A DNA stretch of 64,000 bases, taken from positions 69,141-133,140 of the forward strand of contig JAQGDQ010000593.1 of assembly GCA_030141605.1 (NCBI GenBank), written 5' to 3'. Under the pieces are notes generated by a model that ran no database searches, was not told where the DNA came from, and was given only the letters and a program-made list of their open reading frames with translations. Position 1 is the stretch's first letter, and each line of letters starts with the position of its first letter. Shown piece after piece: positions 13,501 to 51,489 of the stretch. The DNA is from Tubiluchus corallicola. Taxonomy: Eukaryota > Animalia > Priapulida. The translations under genes and the position numbers were made by a program.

Positions 13501-16500
13501 CTTATCTGTGGAATTGTTTGCCAGGACATTATCGTTAATAGCATCTTTCCCTGCTCAAACAGAAATTCTGTTAGTAACTAATTAGCTGAGAGAGTTTTTT
13601 CTATATTTTTGTAATTTTATTTTTCAATAGTAACTTCCATGTCCACTATGATTTATAAAAAATGATGAAAAAATGCAACTTACAAAGATCCGTATGGATT
13701 TTTTTTTAGACCCCATCAACGACACTTTCCGGCACGAGCAAGAAAGGGAAGGAATCGTCGGAGCAGGCGGAGGCGAGCAACCCGGAAACAAGATACGAGA
13801 ATTTCTTGAAGATAAAGGCGAATAGGCAATCACGATTGAACGGTACGTAGCCAATTTCTGAGACTTTTTCTGGCTCTGCGAACAAGCGTGTATTATGGAC
13901 GTAAATTATTACTGTTGAAATTTTCAATATTTTAGAGCATACTTTATTTTGAACTAATGTCTAGACAATCGTCCGGTTTTTCTTTAATGCTGTGTTAAAA
14001 AAACAGTACTACAGCTCTTATTGTACAAACAAACAATTTCTACGAACAAGTATGAAAAACCAATTACTGGTCCGAAGCTGTTCTTTGTTTATTATTATTA
14101 ATTCTTTATTTGTCATTAAAATGGTTCACTCGTTATAATAAAATTAAGTAAGCCTCAGCGTAATGTTAACAACACTATTCAAGACAAATGATAACAACAC
14201 TGTTCAAGACAAATGCGTCCAGTCCAGACTAAAAAAAACTAAAGTGCAAAACTAAGGTCTAATTATATACAATAAATGAACATATTTACAAACACCATAT
14301 TAAAATATATTTACAGAACAATATTACAAAAGTACATTAAATTTTACATGACATATTTTACACTATACGTACATTTGACATGACACAATTAACAGAAACA
14401 TGCTTTACATTACATAAATTTCACTCATTACATTTACACTATTTATACATTTGACATTAAAAAACTAACATAACATGGGCAGAAGAAAATCATTTTAATT
14501 ACTCTAAATTAAAATTTATGTTGTATTGTTATCATACTTTTTGAGTTTTGGATAGTGCTGCCACCTGCAGGTGTTCTTGTTAAAATTGTCAAATCTTCCT
14601 CTTTACTGTTTAAATTTTCATTGGCTTCTACAGTGTTTATGAATACATAATCTCTAAACCTGTTTTCACACCTAAATGATTTCACCTGTAGTTTTGGTCA
14701 CTTGATTTTCTGCTTTTCAACATGGACACTACTTTACTGTTTATGTAGACATTTCAGAATAAAATCTTAAAACTAAATTTCAAGTTTTTTGGTTTCTTCA
14801 AACCATAACACATATTACATTACATAATTTTTTACCATTAAACACTTCATTGATAAACTTCATGTTGTGAAGGAACTTTTCACTTTCAGCTAAAGCAGGT
14901 AAGAACAAGAAGCGGAGAGCCGGAGACGCAGCAATGTGTCCGATCTGCAATGGAAAGATCATCGGTTGTCCAGACGAGCTTAATGACCACGTGAACAGGT
15001 GTCTGAGGAAGGTGCGTAACAGTGACCACTACAAATTTATGCAAATATGTATTATTGGCGCGCATTATTAGATTAGTTCAGTTCACGCTTGATTACTTTG
15101 ACTCTGTAAAATCATTGGATAATAGCCACTGAAGTCGGGATTTGACGAAGCCCAGGTTTTGTTACGACAGTCGAAAAGAGCAACATTCACCAGAAAACTT
15201 GTTTTGTTGCAAATGAATCGTGCAAAGTTTTTATGACTGAAATGATTCTAGAGCAAATAGGAATGATATTTTCTGTGAAACAGTAATTATATTTAAAATC
15301 AGGAGTGGAGAAAGAGTTAAATAAGATTGGAAGGAGTTTAAGATTTGCCACACAATTTAAATACCCTAACCTCAAATTAACCAAAATTTAACCCTAAATC
15401 TTAATCCTAACCTTAACCCACAACCCACGTTTAACCCTAAACTCTAATCCTGACCCTAACCCTAATCCTGACCATACTCTAATCGTAATCATAATCCTAA
15501 CCCGCTGCTAACCCTAATCCTAACCCTAAACCTTAATCCTGACCATAACCCCAATCCTAATCCTATTCCTAACCCGCTGCTAACCCTAACCCTAGCCCAA
15601 ATTTAACCCTAAACCTTAATCTTAACCGAATCCTAACCCTAATCCTAATGCTAACCCTAATCTTGACCCAATCCTAACCCTAACTCTAACCCAAATTTAA
15701 TCCTAAACCTTAATGTTAACCCTAATCCCATCCATACCCTAACCGTAATCATAATCCTAATCTGCTTTACAAACTAATTTGTTGACTGTGTGAATTGTAA
15801 ACTTTGACCTATTTTAGCAAATATGTTCCCACCTTTCAATTCAACTAATTGCCATTTCTTAAATTATATAACAACAGTTATGAACTCGCACATATCTTTA
15901 CAATATTTCTGAGTCTGCACTTGAGACAGTTTCTGAAAATGTTTCGCCACATTTTACCTGATAATTTTGCCAATTTTTGCAGAGGACGATGGACAGCGAT
16001 GAAGACGAAGCCGTGGACGTAGAGGGGGAGGGTTTCGAAGAGTATGAGTGGGCGGGGCAAACAAGAATCCGAGCCACGTCGTTGATAGATGGTAGATTAC
16101 GCGGTGAGTAATCACGGCCATTCTCTAATAAGTTCTGGACAATGTCCAGCAAAAACTGACCGTCTATGCGACATGTTTCCACAGGTAAATTTGGACGAAG
16201 TTTTAGAAATGTAAACGTTTAGTGTTTGATGGACATAGTTGCAAAACACCGTGAGTGATTAGCAAAAACTTAATTAGTAAATAGATGAAAGTTAATTAGA
16301 GATCTGTCACCATAATATAAACAGTTTATAAATAAGACTTCTGTTAGCATGAAATGACCTTAATTTATCCTTGATTGATCCGTTGGTTTTTCCTGGAACT
16401 CTGTACAGCAGACAGTTCTCTTGGGCTACAGCAAGCAGGCGATCAATAAAATAGTGCCTACGATCACGCAAGTTTACACCAGACTCAGCTACTCAATAGG

Positions 16501-19500
16501 CTAAGTTGCAATGTCGGAAAATCTGGTGTTTTTCTTAATTTTATCCAATTAAATTATTTTAATGTTGACACAAATAGTGTGATTGAATAACCGAGATTCT
16601 CCTGAATAGAACAGTATCTAACTTGTAATCATTTTCCTGGAACTCTGTACAGTAGACAGTTCTCTTGGGCTGTAGCAAGCAGGCGATCAATAAAATAGTG
16701 TGTATGATCACGTAAGTGTAGACCAGACTAAGGTAATCAATAAGCTAAGTTCGAGTGCCTGAAAAGAGAGTGTTTTTCTTAATGTTATCTAATTAAATCA
16801 CTTGTAAATGTTTAAATAAATGGCATGATTGCATAACAAAGATTGAGTAAGCTGCTCAAGTTGGCATGTCGGACAGTGGGGTGTTTTTTGTAATTTTATC
16901 CAATTAAATCATTTTAACGTTTACACAAATAGCATGATTGAATAACTGAGATTCTCCTGAATAGAACAGTACCTAGTTTGTAATCATTTAGTTATGTCTG
17001 TGCTCATACAGTAGCAGAAAAGTCACTGGTCTTATAAGACTTATTTTGAATGGTGCGGTCCTGAAAGAGTTGAAAAGATTAGTACCTGTGTAGTAATGAC
17101 CGGTGTGAGTTCCTTGTATTCAACGTTCACCAGTTTAGCTGGTGGGTAAAGGTCTGTAAATGGATGGGTGACAGGAAACTAATAAAATTTAGTTGTGTCT
17201 GTGCTCATACAGTAGCAGAAAAGTCACTGGTCTTATAAGACTTATTTTGAATGGTGCGGTCCTGAAGGAGTTAATCTTTGTTTGTTTAGTTACTTACAAA
17301 CCAAGACCTTCTCTGTCGACTTAAAACCAACTTCTTTTCTGTCTTTAGATCTCGGCTTTCAAGCTTGCCATCGAGCCTCTGAGGCCGAAACTGAACAAGA
17401 TTTAAATGTTGATGGCGACGACAACGACACGTTTGGCAAGCCGCAGTATACGGAAGCGGACATCATACCGTGTACCGTAGACGAACCGATGGAAGCAGAA
17501 GCTCAACAGGCTTTACGAGGAGCAATGATTGGGTAAGTCAGTTAGTCAGTCAGTCGATGTAGCGTTGCCAAGATTATTCAAAAATTGATAAGCAGCTAAG
17601 CGTAATCGTAGATTTCTTGCTAAATCTTTCTCTATTTTTCAGGGAGGAAGCGTCAAGATCTCCCAGCCATCCAGAAAGAAACAGGTGGTCTTCTGAAGGT
17701 ATAGCTTCATTACTAGCATCATTACCTTTCTTACGGAAGACTTAGACACGACAAACGCATGCAATTTCATATTCTTTTTAATTACTCAGTGCTTTACTAA
17801 ACAAATTTTCAGCTACAGTAAACTCTGTACCACTCGAACGCGTCGGGAATCAGTAAATTTGTTTGAGTTACGCGAGGGTATGAGTTAGACAATGTTTGTA
17901 AAAAAACAAGATTGAGTCGCTCATCACGAGTTAGACAATGTTTGTAAAAAAACAAGATTGAGTTGCTCATCAACCTCAGGCAGTAGACTAGTAATACTGC
18001 AGCCTGTGAAAATGACAAACTGAGCCTTTAATCAAATATCAAACAACAGTTCTAAACAATAACCATATACAGTCAACCTCGGATATCAGGGACACTTCCG
18101 TATCGGAAAAAATCGTCCCTTATAGCCGAAGTCGAGTCAGACCGAGGGTATATCTAGACCTGTACTTTTACCCATGTTTTTATGGATTATTGCTACACAT
18201 TCAGTGCAAACGGTATGTAGGAAGCTCCTTCAGTGATGAGAGATGTATGTGACCGTGGAAACCGAGCTGTTCGAAGGCCGAGTTTGCGAGAAATTTAGGT
18301 TAAAAATCAATCAATTTCGTTTGAGCAAAACTTCCTTTTTTTATATTTTCATCTAGTTCCTCACATCATTACCGCCACAAGATCCGACCGTAGTCCAATG
18401 GAATACAGTCTGGCCCACGCGGGGTCTCGGCATAGGCTTTTTAGGATGTAAAAAATATTTGATCATAGGATCCCTTATATGCGACATAATTTACCTGGGT
18501 TTCTATTATGCGGGACCTGAAGATATCGTCCCTTATAACCGATAGTCCCTTATATCCAAGTACCTTATATACGAAGGTTTTTATAAGGAAAACCTTACAA
18601 AAAATTGGGACTGGTGTAAGTGGTCCCTTATAAGCGAATGTTCCTTATAACCGAAAGTCCCTTGTATCCAGTTACCTTGCATCCGAAGATTTTTACATAG
18701 GAATAACGTTACGAAAAATCAGAACCAGTGTTGGTGGTTGTCCCTTATATGAGTGTCCCTTATAAACCAGTCCCTTATACCCGAGGTTGACTGTAGTAAA
18801 GAGTAACAGGAATAATTGAGTGATTACAGTAGGGTGTTGAGCAACTGAAGTCGGGTTATTATATCCCAACTAAATTGTAAAGATAATAACGAGATGTGAC
18901 CATTAAATGAAGAAAAGTACAGGTATTTAATCATATGCTTGTATTTTAAACTTGAATTTCACTTTTTTTACAGATTCTTCGTCTTTACCTTCGACGTCGG
19001 GAGCCGGTTCAGCTGAAACGAATAAAAACGAGTTAGTACATGTTGACGCTTTTACCGATCAATGTATTTTGAGCGGTGATGTCATCGATACGGAAATAAA
19101 ACTGAGCTGAATCGAAATTTGTGAAACATACAAAACTGATACTGAAACGAAACCAAACCAAAGTCATTTTTGCAAAACTAACTACTATCAAAAGTGAAAA
19201 AATTCTGAAATAATTAGAGCAGTTTACTAGTATTTGCTTGGCAAAAAATCCTAACCGAAAAAAGCTACGACAATGTTTATGGTTAAAGATCAAGAAACTT
19301 TAAAAAATTGATAAAATTTTATTTTGTGAATATTTGGCTGCTCACATAAAATAAATTATAAAATAAAACTTGGTTTTATTCAAATTACGCTTTAATATTT
19401 GGGTTGGTTGTGTCTGGAGACCTTAAAGCTTCACAGTCGTCAGCACTGAAGATATGCCACATTGCTGTAAAATACGTGCTATAAGATTATCTCTTGTGGT

Positions 19501-21637
19501 TGATTATCTCTTGTGGTTAAAATCTCATAATAGTCAACAACAGTGTGAACTTCTTTATTGTTTTTGCAAATAGTAATAAAGATATCTGTTTTGCTATCTT
19601 GAATATCAAATGCTTGTTTACATACCAGTGTTCATACGGTCAACGAAAATCCTGGAAAATACAGGCAATCTTGGAAAGTCAGGGAAAAGATAATTTGGTA
19701 AAAAGTCAGGAAAAATGATGAAAAATGGGATGGAAAATCAGGGAAATCGGAAAGGGTTGCAAAAATAATCACCGTGAACCGATATTTTTCCAAACATTTT
19801 TCAGTGATTCTTATTCAAATAAAATTTTACTATGACAGGCTCCCAGTTTCAATTTCTGTTCCAAAAATAATGATTGGGTTAAGAAAGTTTATTTAATGTG
19901 ATTAGTGTAATTTTGTTAGCACTACTGCAACACATTATATATCAGTATATGTGTGAATGTTCATACACAAAAATGTTTGAATTTGTATACTGGTATTGCA
20001 ATATCTGTTTACCTTGGTCATGGAAAATCAATATTTGGACAGGGAAAAATCAGGGAAATTTTAAATTTCTGTGAGAAGACCCATACAATTTCTTTTGCTT
20101 ACATATTATAATAACTTTTCTGCTTCATAAGTGTGTTCATGTCTTATTTTCGAATGTAATAATAATCATGTACTGAACTCTTTTCCAGGAATACAGGGGC
20201 GCTGTCTTCTAGTGAAGTTATTGAGTCTTTAAAAGCAAAGCTTCGCAATCATGAAGAGGAGTTAAAGCGAGGGGAGAAGTTTAAGTGTCTCATTTGTATG
20301 GTGAGCCAAAAGCTACTGTTGTCATTGTTTAGTTTATTTTAAGACCATTCCTCACCGTTCATTACTCAATACAGAACGAGTTCAAGCTTTGCATGAACAT
20401 TTGCATTAAACTTTATAACTTTTGTTCAGAAAACGTTCATTACACAATACAAAATGAATTCAAGCACGTTTATCTTTGCATGAACATTTGTATTGAACTT
20501 TATAACTTTTGTTCAGAAAGCGTTCATTACTCAATACAGAATGAGTTCAACTGCTGTATGAACATTTGCATTAAACTTTATAACTTTTGTTCAGAAAACG
20601 TTCATTACTCAATACAAAATGAATTCAAGCACGTTTATCTTTGAATGAACATTTGTATTGAACTTTATAACTTTTGTTCAGAAAACGTTCATTACTCAAT
20701 ACAAAATGAATTCAAGCTGCTGTATGAACATTTGTATTGAACTTTATAACTTTTGTTCAGAAAACGTTCATTACTCAATACAAAATGAATTCAAGCACGT
20801 TTATCTTTGCATGAACATTTGTATTGAACTTTATAACTTTTGTTCAGAAAGCATCACTTAAGTCTGCTGGGGGTTCTCACTGTAACACAGCATGCCGGTT
20901 TTTCCATTATTCATTTAATAATAGTCAGTATTTGGACATAACACCATAGAAACTCAACTTTCTATGTCTGCTGTTACTGACATTAACAAAAACATGAAGA
21001 TTTACTTTACATACGATGTAAACTTGCTGCACAGTGAAGCATAACTATCTGTAGCTTACATGAAACTATGAACTATTTGCATATTCTAAATATTGTATCT
21101 AAGAAACAATTTTTAACTATTCTAGGAGACTTACACGATTCCGGTTGCTTCCATCCAGTGCTGGCATGTACACTGTGAAGAGTGTTGGTTACGAACTCTG
21201 GTAAGGACTATTCACATCGTTTTGCTTGCAAAGTAACTCTATAAAGCGGTCTATTTCGTTCTCTTTGTCCATGTAATGTTTTAGCCAGTGCTGCCATTTA
21301 CACTGTGAAGAGTGTTGGTTACGAACGCTGGTAAGGACTATTCACATCGTTTTGTTGATATAGTTGCTTGTAAAGTAACTCTATAACGTGGTCTATTTCA
21401 TCCTCATTGTCCATGTAATGTTTTTAGCCAGTGCTGTCATGTACATTGTGAATGTGGATTTGTGTCCCTTTGATCATAAGCTGACCATATTTAATTTACA
21501 CAAAAAGGTAAATTTAATATCACTGATCACTTATTCTAGTTTTTAAATTGCCGCTTTTTTTTCAGGGTGCCAAGAAGCTCTGTCCTCAATGCAACCTCAT
21601 TACTTCACCGCAGGACCTGAGACGAATTTATTTATAG
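10566..21637 (+). CDS. RNF220: E3 ubiquitin-protein ligase RNF220 (multi-exon, 5' part not located)
   Basis: Phase-consistent AG/GT exons: 10566-10692, 11261-11303, 13710-13842, 14890-15011, 15983-16103, 17349-17532, 17643-17698, 18974-19031, 20189-20300, 21126-21200, 21566-21637 (TAG). Peptides CPVCGVTVRPGELESHL, RYENFLKIKANRQSRLN, FEEYEWAGQTRIRATSL, DLNVDGDDNDTFGKPQYTEADIIPC, KFKCLICM-ETYTIPVASIQCWHVHCEECWLRTL-GAKKLCPQCNLITSPQDLRRIYL* match RNF220 as recalled. Confidence 0.93.
11480..11700. repeat. Dispersed repeat family (copies at ~13150-13350 and ~25505-25715)
   Basis: Shared AGGTCAAAGG...ACAACGCCTC...AGCAAGATCCTGCTAGTAAATC. Confidence 0.7.
15355..15762. repeat. Degenerate (TAACCC/TAATCC)n telomere-like tract
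   Basis: Hexamer periodicity of CCTAAC/CCTAAT. Confidence 0.75.
16340..17274 (+). mobile_element. Rearranged right-end copies of the same piggyBac-like family, without cargo
   Basis: Sequence shared with 33610-33785 and 37840-38217, internally duplicated. Termini at ~17069 and at 17270 followed by TTAA. Confidence 0.6.
18070..18793. mobile_element. Tc1/mariner (pogo/Tigger-like) MITE
   Basis: TA|CAGTCAACCTCGG ... CCGAGGTTGACTG|TA, with internal GTCCCTTATA repeats. Confidence 0.8.
19626..20082. mobile_element. Degenerate MITE-like element with TCAGGGAAA subterminal repeats
   Basis: Begins CAGTGTTCATACGGTC with repeated (T)CAGGGAAA motifs at both ends; termini eroded. Confidence 0.4.
20357..20851. 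repeat. Tandem repeat, ~70-80 bp units
   Basis: GTTCATTACTCAATAC...ACTTTATAACTTTTGTTCAGAAA recurs about 6 times. Confidence 0.85.
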
Positions 21638-23044
21638 CTCTTAGCAGCATGTACATAATACTAGCGCTGTACACTTACAAAGCCTCCAAACATTTCCCTC
21701 TTATTAGACTAGAATATGATATATTTACTTGGTACTGCTAAAACTGTTTGATAGCTAAATTATTGATTTTTGTGATCGATGAAATTGATGATTTTGTAGA
21801 GGGTAAATTCTATATTGTTATTTTCAAACAGGTGGCACGTAGCGGGGAGCTTTTTTTTCTAGGAATAATTGTTTGTTTAGTTTTGGTTGCTATGGCAACT
21901 CATTTGCAAAAATTAAGAAGCTTTCACTCGTATACATATCAGAGAGGTGTGTGACTTGTACGGTCCGGCTACAGTGTGGACTTCAACGAACTTATACAGT
22001 ACATGCTGTTTATTAGGCTCACAGTTAATTAAGTGTTTTGCATGAATACAGGCAACAGATTTTCAACATGTTTACCTTTATCAGAATTTCATAAACCAAC
22101 TTCTTCATGAAGAAATGAATGAAGCGACTTTGCATGAATTTTTGTAATGTAAGTAAACATATTAGTGTGATTTTTCATTTTCTGTTTGTTTTATTAACTC
22201 GCATATAAATTAGTTCCCATATTCTTAAATAAAAACACACTGGAATTTTGGCATTAATTTGTTTCTAAAATATATTTTGAAGCTTTTGCTGTGCTTTCTA
22301 AACTGAGCAATGATTCATGGTTCTCTAGTAGTAATCCTGCACCTGTCTGCTAATTCATTCAGTTGTATAATTGGGTCAAAACATTTTTGCCTTAAAGTGA
22401 GTCTAGTGAATGGCACCTTCTGTATTGTAGTTCAACTACAAGAGTGTATTCTCTATTTATAAATTTAGTACGCAGATTTCAATTGCTTGTTGGCTGTACA
22501 ATATTAAATTTTTTCCGGTTTGCGTTACGATACAATCTCTTAGTACACCAGAATTCGTATTTCCATTGTCCCATGTTTATGAGACAGTGGTTCTGTTTGT
22601 CGTTTACTGAACTACCCCGACTTTATTCTCGCATCATTTCAAACTTCTTAAAACTTGCATTTCGTGGTTCTGCTTTTGCACGGACGAGCAATGGCTTCCT
22701 GCAATGAGAATTACTGTTCACACGAAATGTATTTCTTTAATGCAGAGGAGTCTTAAAACGCCACGGCTTGCGAATATTGTGACATAGTTTTTCTTTAACA
22801 CGTTCAGGTGGCGACATCTGGGTAAGAAAACCCGAAGTTAAATAAAAGTTAAACGGATGAATGATGTAATGACGATGTAAATAATCTTGATTTCCGGCAC
22901 TAAGAATGCACAACAATTGCAATTCTACACGATTTGTTACGCAAACTTGGATGAAGTAGTAAATCTATGCATCTCTTCTGTACTTTTATTCACTGTGGTT
23001 TTCTTTTGCTTAGCTTGGCTAAGCTGTGTTCATCAATTATCTAA

Positions 23045-23225
23045 CCTCTCTCTCCCCCTCCTTCCCTCTCTCTCCACTCTCCCTCCCTCTCTTTCTCTCT
23101 CCCTCCCCTCCCTCTCTGTCTCTCTCTCTCTCCCTCCCTCCCTCTCTCTCTCTGTCCCTCTCTCTCTCCCCCTCCCTTTCTCTCTCTCTCTCTCTCCATC
23201 CCTCTCTCTCTCCCCTCTCCCTCTG

Positions 23226-23269
<44 letters not shown>

Positions 23270-23337
23270 TTTCTCCCTCCCTCTCTCTCTCTCTCCACTC
23301 CCCCTCCCTCTCTCTCTCTCTCCCCTCTCTCTCTCAT
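23045..23337. repeat. (CT)n-rich microsatellite, probably in the RNF220 3' UTR
   Basis: Seen directly. Confidence 0.85.
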
Positions 23338-23497
23338 CTAATTGTACTGACAATGATGAGTGATCAATTTGCTCCCCTTTGCATGCGCCTAATGAAAATG
23401 TAACATGGTTATTGTCAGCTGTACTGTAATTTAATCATTTTGTGTTGATTTATGTAAACACTTATGAAAAATGACTATTTAAATAGTGTTGGATAAA

Positions 23498-23503
23498 AAT
23501 AAA
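23498..23503 (+). terminator. Candidate RNF220 polyadenylation signal
   Basis: AATAAA followed ~25 nt later by GT-rich TGTGGTGTGT. Confidence 0.4.
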
Positions 23504-25795
23504 AACTGTATATAATTGATTTGACGTCTGTGGTGTGTATCATTCTTCTCCTGTGACATTCATACAGAAAACCACCCACGTGTGACCAGGACTGGACTAC
23601 TCCATTCCCCAGTATAGGCTACAACTTAGGAACCCTCGGGCTGCCTATACTTTCCATTGTGAATAATTCGTTTAACTTCAAATAAAATTTCAGCTTTAAA
23701 AAGGGAAATCTGAAAATGCAATTTTAATGTGGCTCCTCATTTGAGATAAAGGAATACTGTTTGCGGTTGTTTTGAGACAAAGGGCCCTGGTTTGGTGCCC
23801 TTTAAGATAAGGGCCCTTCTTTGAAGCCCTTTATTTGAAATATGGGGCCCCCAGCTATGCAAATGTTGCTGAAATATATCACAAGTAGAAAATAATTGAA
23901 AAGAATGCAAGAATGGCTTCGTCTGAGGGGGTACCTCATAATTGTGTTTGCCTCGGGGGCCCCATAAGGTCATCTGGCATTATTAGCCCCAACTATTATG
24001 AATCTTAAACGTTCATTATGCAGACACTACAATATCTCTAACTAAAAACACATCAGCGCGTTCAAATACGAGATTCTATTTCCGAATATTCAATGTATCA
24101 CAGGCCGCACATCTGCATCGCACAACGAACGCACATATAATCTAAAACAGTTACAGTTACACATGTGGACACAATTCAGTAAGCAAAACAACAATCAACT
24201 TATGCAATTCAGCATCCTTAAGTATAAAATCAAAAGACAGATTAACAACATTTAAAACAGAACTAAGAAAACAAACTGCTAACTCACAAAAGACTTTTAT
24301 ATAAAAACGATAAAGTAGAATTCACCAATAATTGGAGAATATTAAAAGGCATAACGCTTTAGACTCATAAACTCATCATAATATAAGCATCTATACTATA
24401 AAAATATACGACTCGTACGGAAACTTACATAGCAAAAAGTATCAAAAAATTCACAATATTTCATATAATTTGTCGCCGTCACGTTGACAAATTTGTAGAT
24501 ATGTAATATAGTATTTTCACATTTTTATTCTTATAATTTTTAACTTAGACTAAATGACACAACTGCACACTTCAGTCTGTCACTGACTGGTTACACACTA
24601 ATTTTACGTAATTTGTTTTACTCTGTACTAGTGTATAATTTCTGCAATAAAAACTTCTATATATATAATCTGTGTCTAGTATTTACACTGGAATGTTTGG
24701 CCTCGCATTTATCACAGCTCATTTTAGTGACGTCGCATGAATGATGGTGACAGTATTATACGCATCGGTCTCTCACTTTCTGATTTGTTTTTGCGTACCG
24801 TTTTTCGTTGCCATAACAACCAATTCGGTGCACAATTTTCATATAAACTTTCATTCACTGTTTATACACAAAAACTAATTTTTATCACATTGTGAGTGGT
24901 GCACCGCCTGAGTCCTCTGGTGAGCATACCTGGCAACTTTTCTTTGCACGTTAATCCGTCACAGCTACTGGAATGCAGTTCAGCATAAGTACAATATTGA
25001 GCTTAGCGTGAATGTTTGTATGTCAACCTCGGAACCGAAAGCTGACGCGGAGATGATGTAACCTAGCAACCACTTAACAATACCTGCTGCTAATTTCATC
25101 TTTAAGTTTGTATACAATCACTTGTTAATGGTTTCTGTCTCTACGCTATGATACATCGCACAAACCGCACATCATTGAAAAGACTAAAGGCACAAGGCAA
25201 CAGCAACAAATATATTGCTCGGTTTTATATGCAAAATGTTGCACTGAGCTACATTTTCAAACTGCTTAACATTATCGAGATTGCTAGTCTTGTAATTATT
25301 GTCTTAAATCTTAAGGAAGACACGATGATTTTTAATATCCTCTTTCCTATTTTGAAGTACGGCAAAAGGTATACATTTTAGCAGCTGTAATAATTGCCAA
25401 AACCTTTCTGATAATTCAATAGTAGATAAAAAATTAATTAACGGCAGGCAAGTCCATGACATCACAAATGAACATAATAAGGCCTTTTCGCAGTTCCAGC
25501 AATTGATCATGCTCATTAAAAGGTCAAAGGTTAAGTGTACCAAACAGCACATTTGTGTACACTTGACAACGCCTCACAGCCCATCCTGTTGTAATAGTAA
25601 CAGTTTTAACAGCTAGGTAGAACCTTACCTAGTTCATTTTTTTCTTGTTCCTAAGCAAGATCCTGCTAGTAAATCACTCCACGCACAGACTAATGCATAA
25701 TTAAGTAAAGTCCATAGTCCTCCAATGTAGTTAAGCATTACACAACTATAACCATTAGTATCACACCAATAAATATCTACATTCGTTGCTCTTTG

Positions 25796-49565
<23,770 letters not shown>

Positions 49566-49889
49566 GTGCTCGGTCGCTTGCTGTCCAGTTGAGGAACTAA
49601 CTGCTGAATGTAGGATACGCCGATCCCTGGAAAATAGTTACGTTCATACTGTTGAGCTTTCATATTTACATCAGGGATGTTACGGAAATGAAAATTCCTT
49701 TCGGTTTAATAATCGCAATAATTAACAAGACTAATTTACCTAAAACGAAAAACATCAAGTGGGAACTGTTAATTTAAGTGTGAAGCCCATATTCATTACC
49801 GAATGGCTGCTGACTGGTAAAAAAGTCACAAAAAAGTCACAATTAATTTTAACTAAGGTTAGACTTAAGACTGAAGATATGTTATGGTT

Positions 49890-50530
49890 ATTTCTCTTTT
49901 TCCTGTGTGCAATTTTCCTTGGCTTTTTTCCTGTGACTTTTTTCCTATGCCTTTTTCCTGTGCTTTTTTCCTGTACCTTTTTCCTGGCCTTTTTTCCTAT
50001 GCCCTTTTCCTGTGCTTTTTTCCTATGCCTTTCTCCTGTGCCTTTTTCCGAGCCTTTTTTCCTGTGCTTTTTTCCTATGCCTTTTTCCTGTGAATTTTTC
50101 CTATGCGTTTTTCCTGGCCTTTTTTCCTGTGCAATTTTCCTGTGACCTGTTTACCTGTGACGTTTTCCTGTGACTTTTTTTCCTGTGTCTTTTTTCCTAC
50201 ACCTTTTTTCCTGTGCCTTTTTCCTGTGCCTTTTTTCCTATGACTTTTTTCCTGTGCCTTTTTCCTGTGCCTTTTTTCCTGTGCCTTTTTTCCTGTGCCT
50301 TTTTTCCTGTGCCTTTTTTCCTGTGCCTTTTTTCCTGTGCCTTTTTTCCTATGACTTTTTTCCTATTCCTTTTTTCCTGTGCCTTTTTTCCTGTGCCTTT
50401 TTTCCTGTGCCTTTTTTCCTGTGCCTTTTTTCCTGTGTCTTTTTTTCCTGTGCCTTTTTTCCTGTGCCTTTTTTCCTGAACTTTTTCCTGTGCCATTTTT
50501 CCTGTGCCTTTTTTTACCTGTGACTTTTTT
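49890..50530. repeat. Low-complexity (TTTTCCTGTGCC)n repeat
   Basis: Seen directly. Confidence 0.9.
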
Positions 50531-51489
50531 CTAGTGATTTAATTACCTGTATTCAACTGGTCGCATGTTGATTACAAATACGCAAGCAAAACTGTAGCAT
50601 CTGGCATCATCTGCTCTCAAACAGGTACAAACACAGCAGGTAAATGTAGCTAAATTCGGTTTATAACTCACGTTGTGCTTACACAGCAATATGCAAATTC
50701 TTGAATGTTTACATCCTACAATCAGGCGCATGGCTTTGATTGCATGCAAAGGGTATACCTGGCATGCATCACTTCTACCTTTAATACCTTTGCAATCAGT
50801 GCTTAGTGTATTTATTTAGGTAAGGGGTCTCACGGTGAACAGAACAAGAAACAACTAGGAGGTCTGGGAGAGCATTTTAAGCTGCCCCAATGGGGTCAGG
50901 ACCTTATTTTCCTTGATTTTAGGATTTTCAGACCTTGGTCGAAAAAAGGTCAGTTTAGTAAACAATTTTTCAACCATTTCCTGCCATTAAGGATACAAAA
51001 TTTAGGTATTAATTCAAAAACAGCAATTGTTTTTAATCGGTTGAATTACGTAACTTTCTACCACTAGCTTTTATACCTTACCCGGCATAATTGGCCTGGC
51101 CTATTCACAATGTTTAACAGCGAGGAATCACTGAGCAAACAAAATACTGCAAGGTGTGCTAGCTTCAATTTACATGTTGATTTATTTCAGCCAAAGACAA
51201 TCACGCTGCTCACGTCAACTGATTACAGCTCAATTTTGTTGCATTCAACTTTTCAACTCCAAAGTAAAATAAGTTACTAGATGATAAAATGAGTTAATTC
51301 ATTATTCCTGTGCACAACTTCTCAAGAGACATTCTTCTTTTTTCCCAAAACAGTTGATCAACAATGAGGTACCAACTGTTATCATCCATAGTTCAATTTT
51401 GTTAATTCAAAGGCTACATTTGTCACAGATATGCTTAAAGATAATCAAATGGTGAGAAAACTAAATATGCAAACCCGGCGAGACATTGT

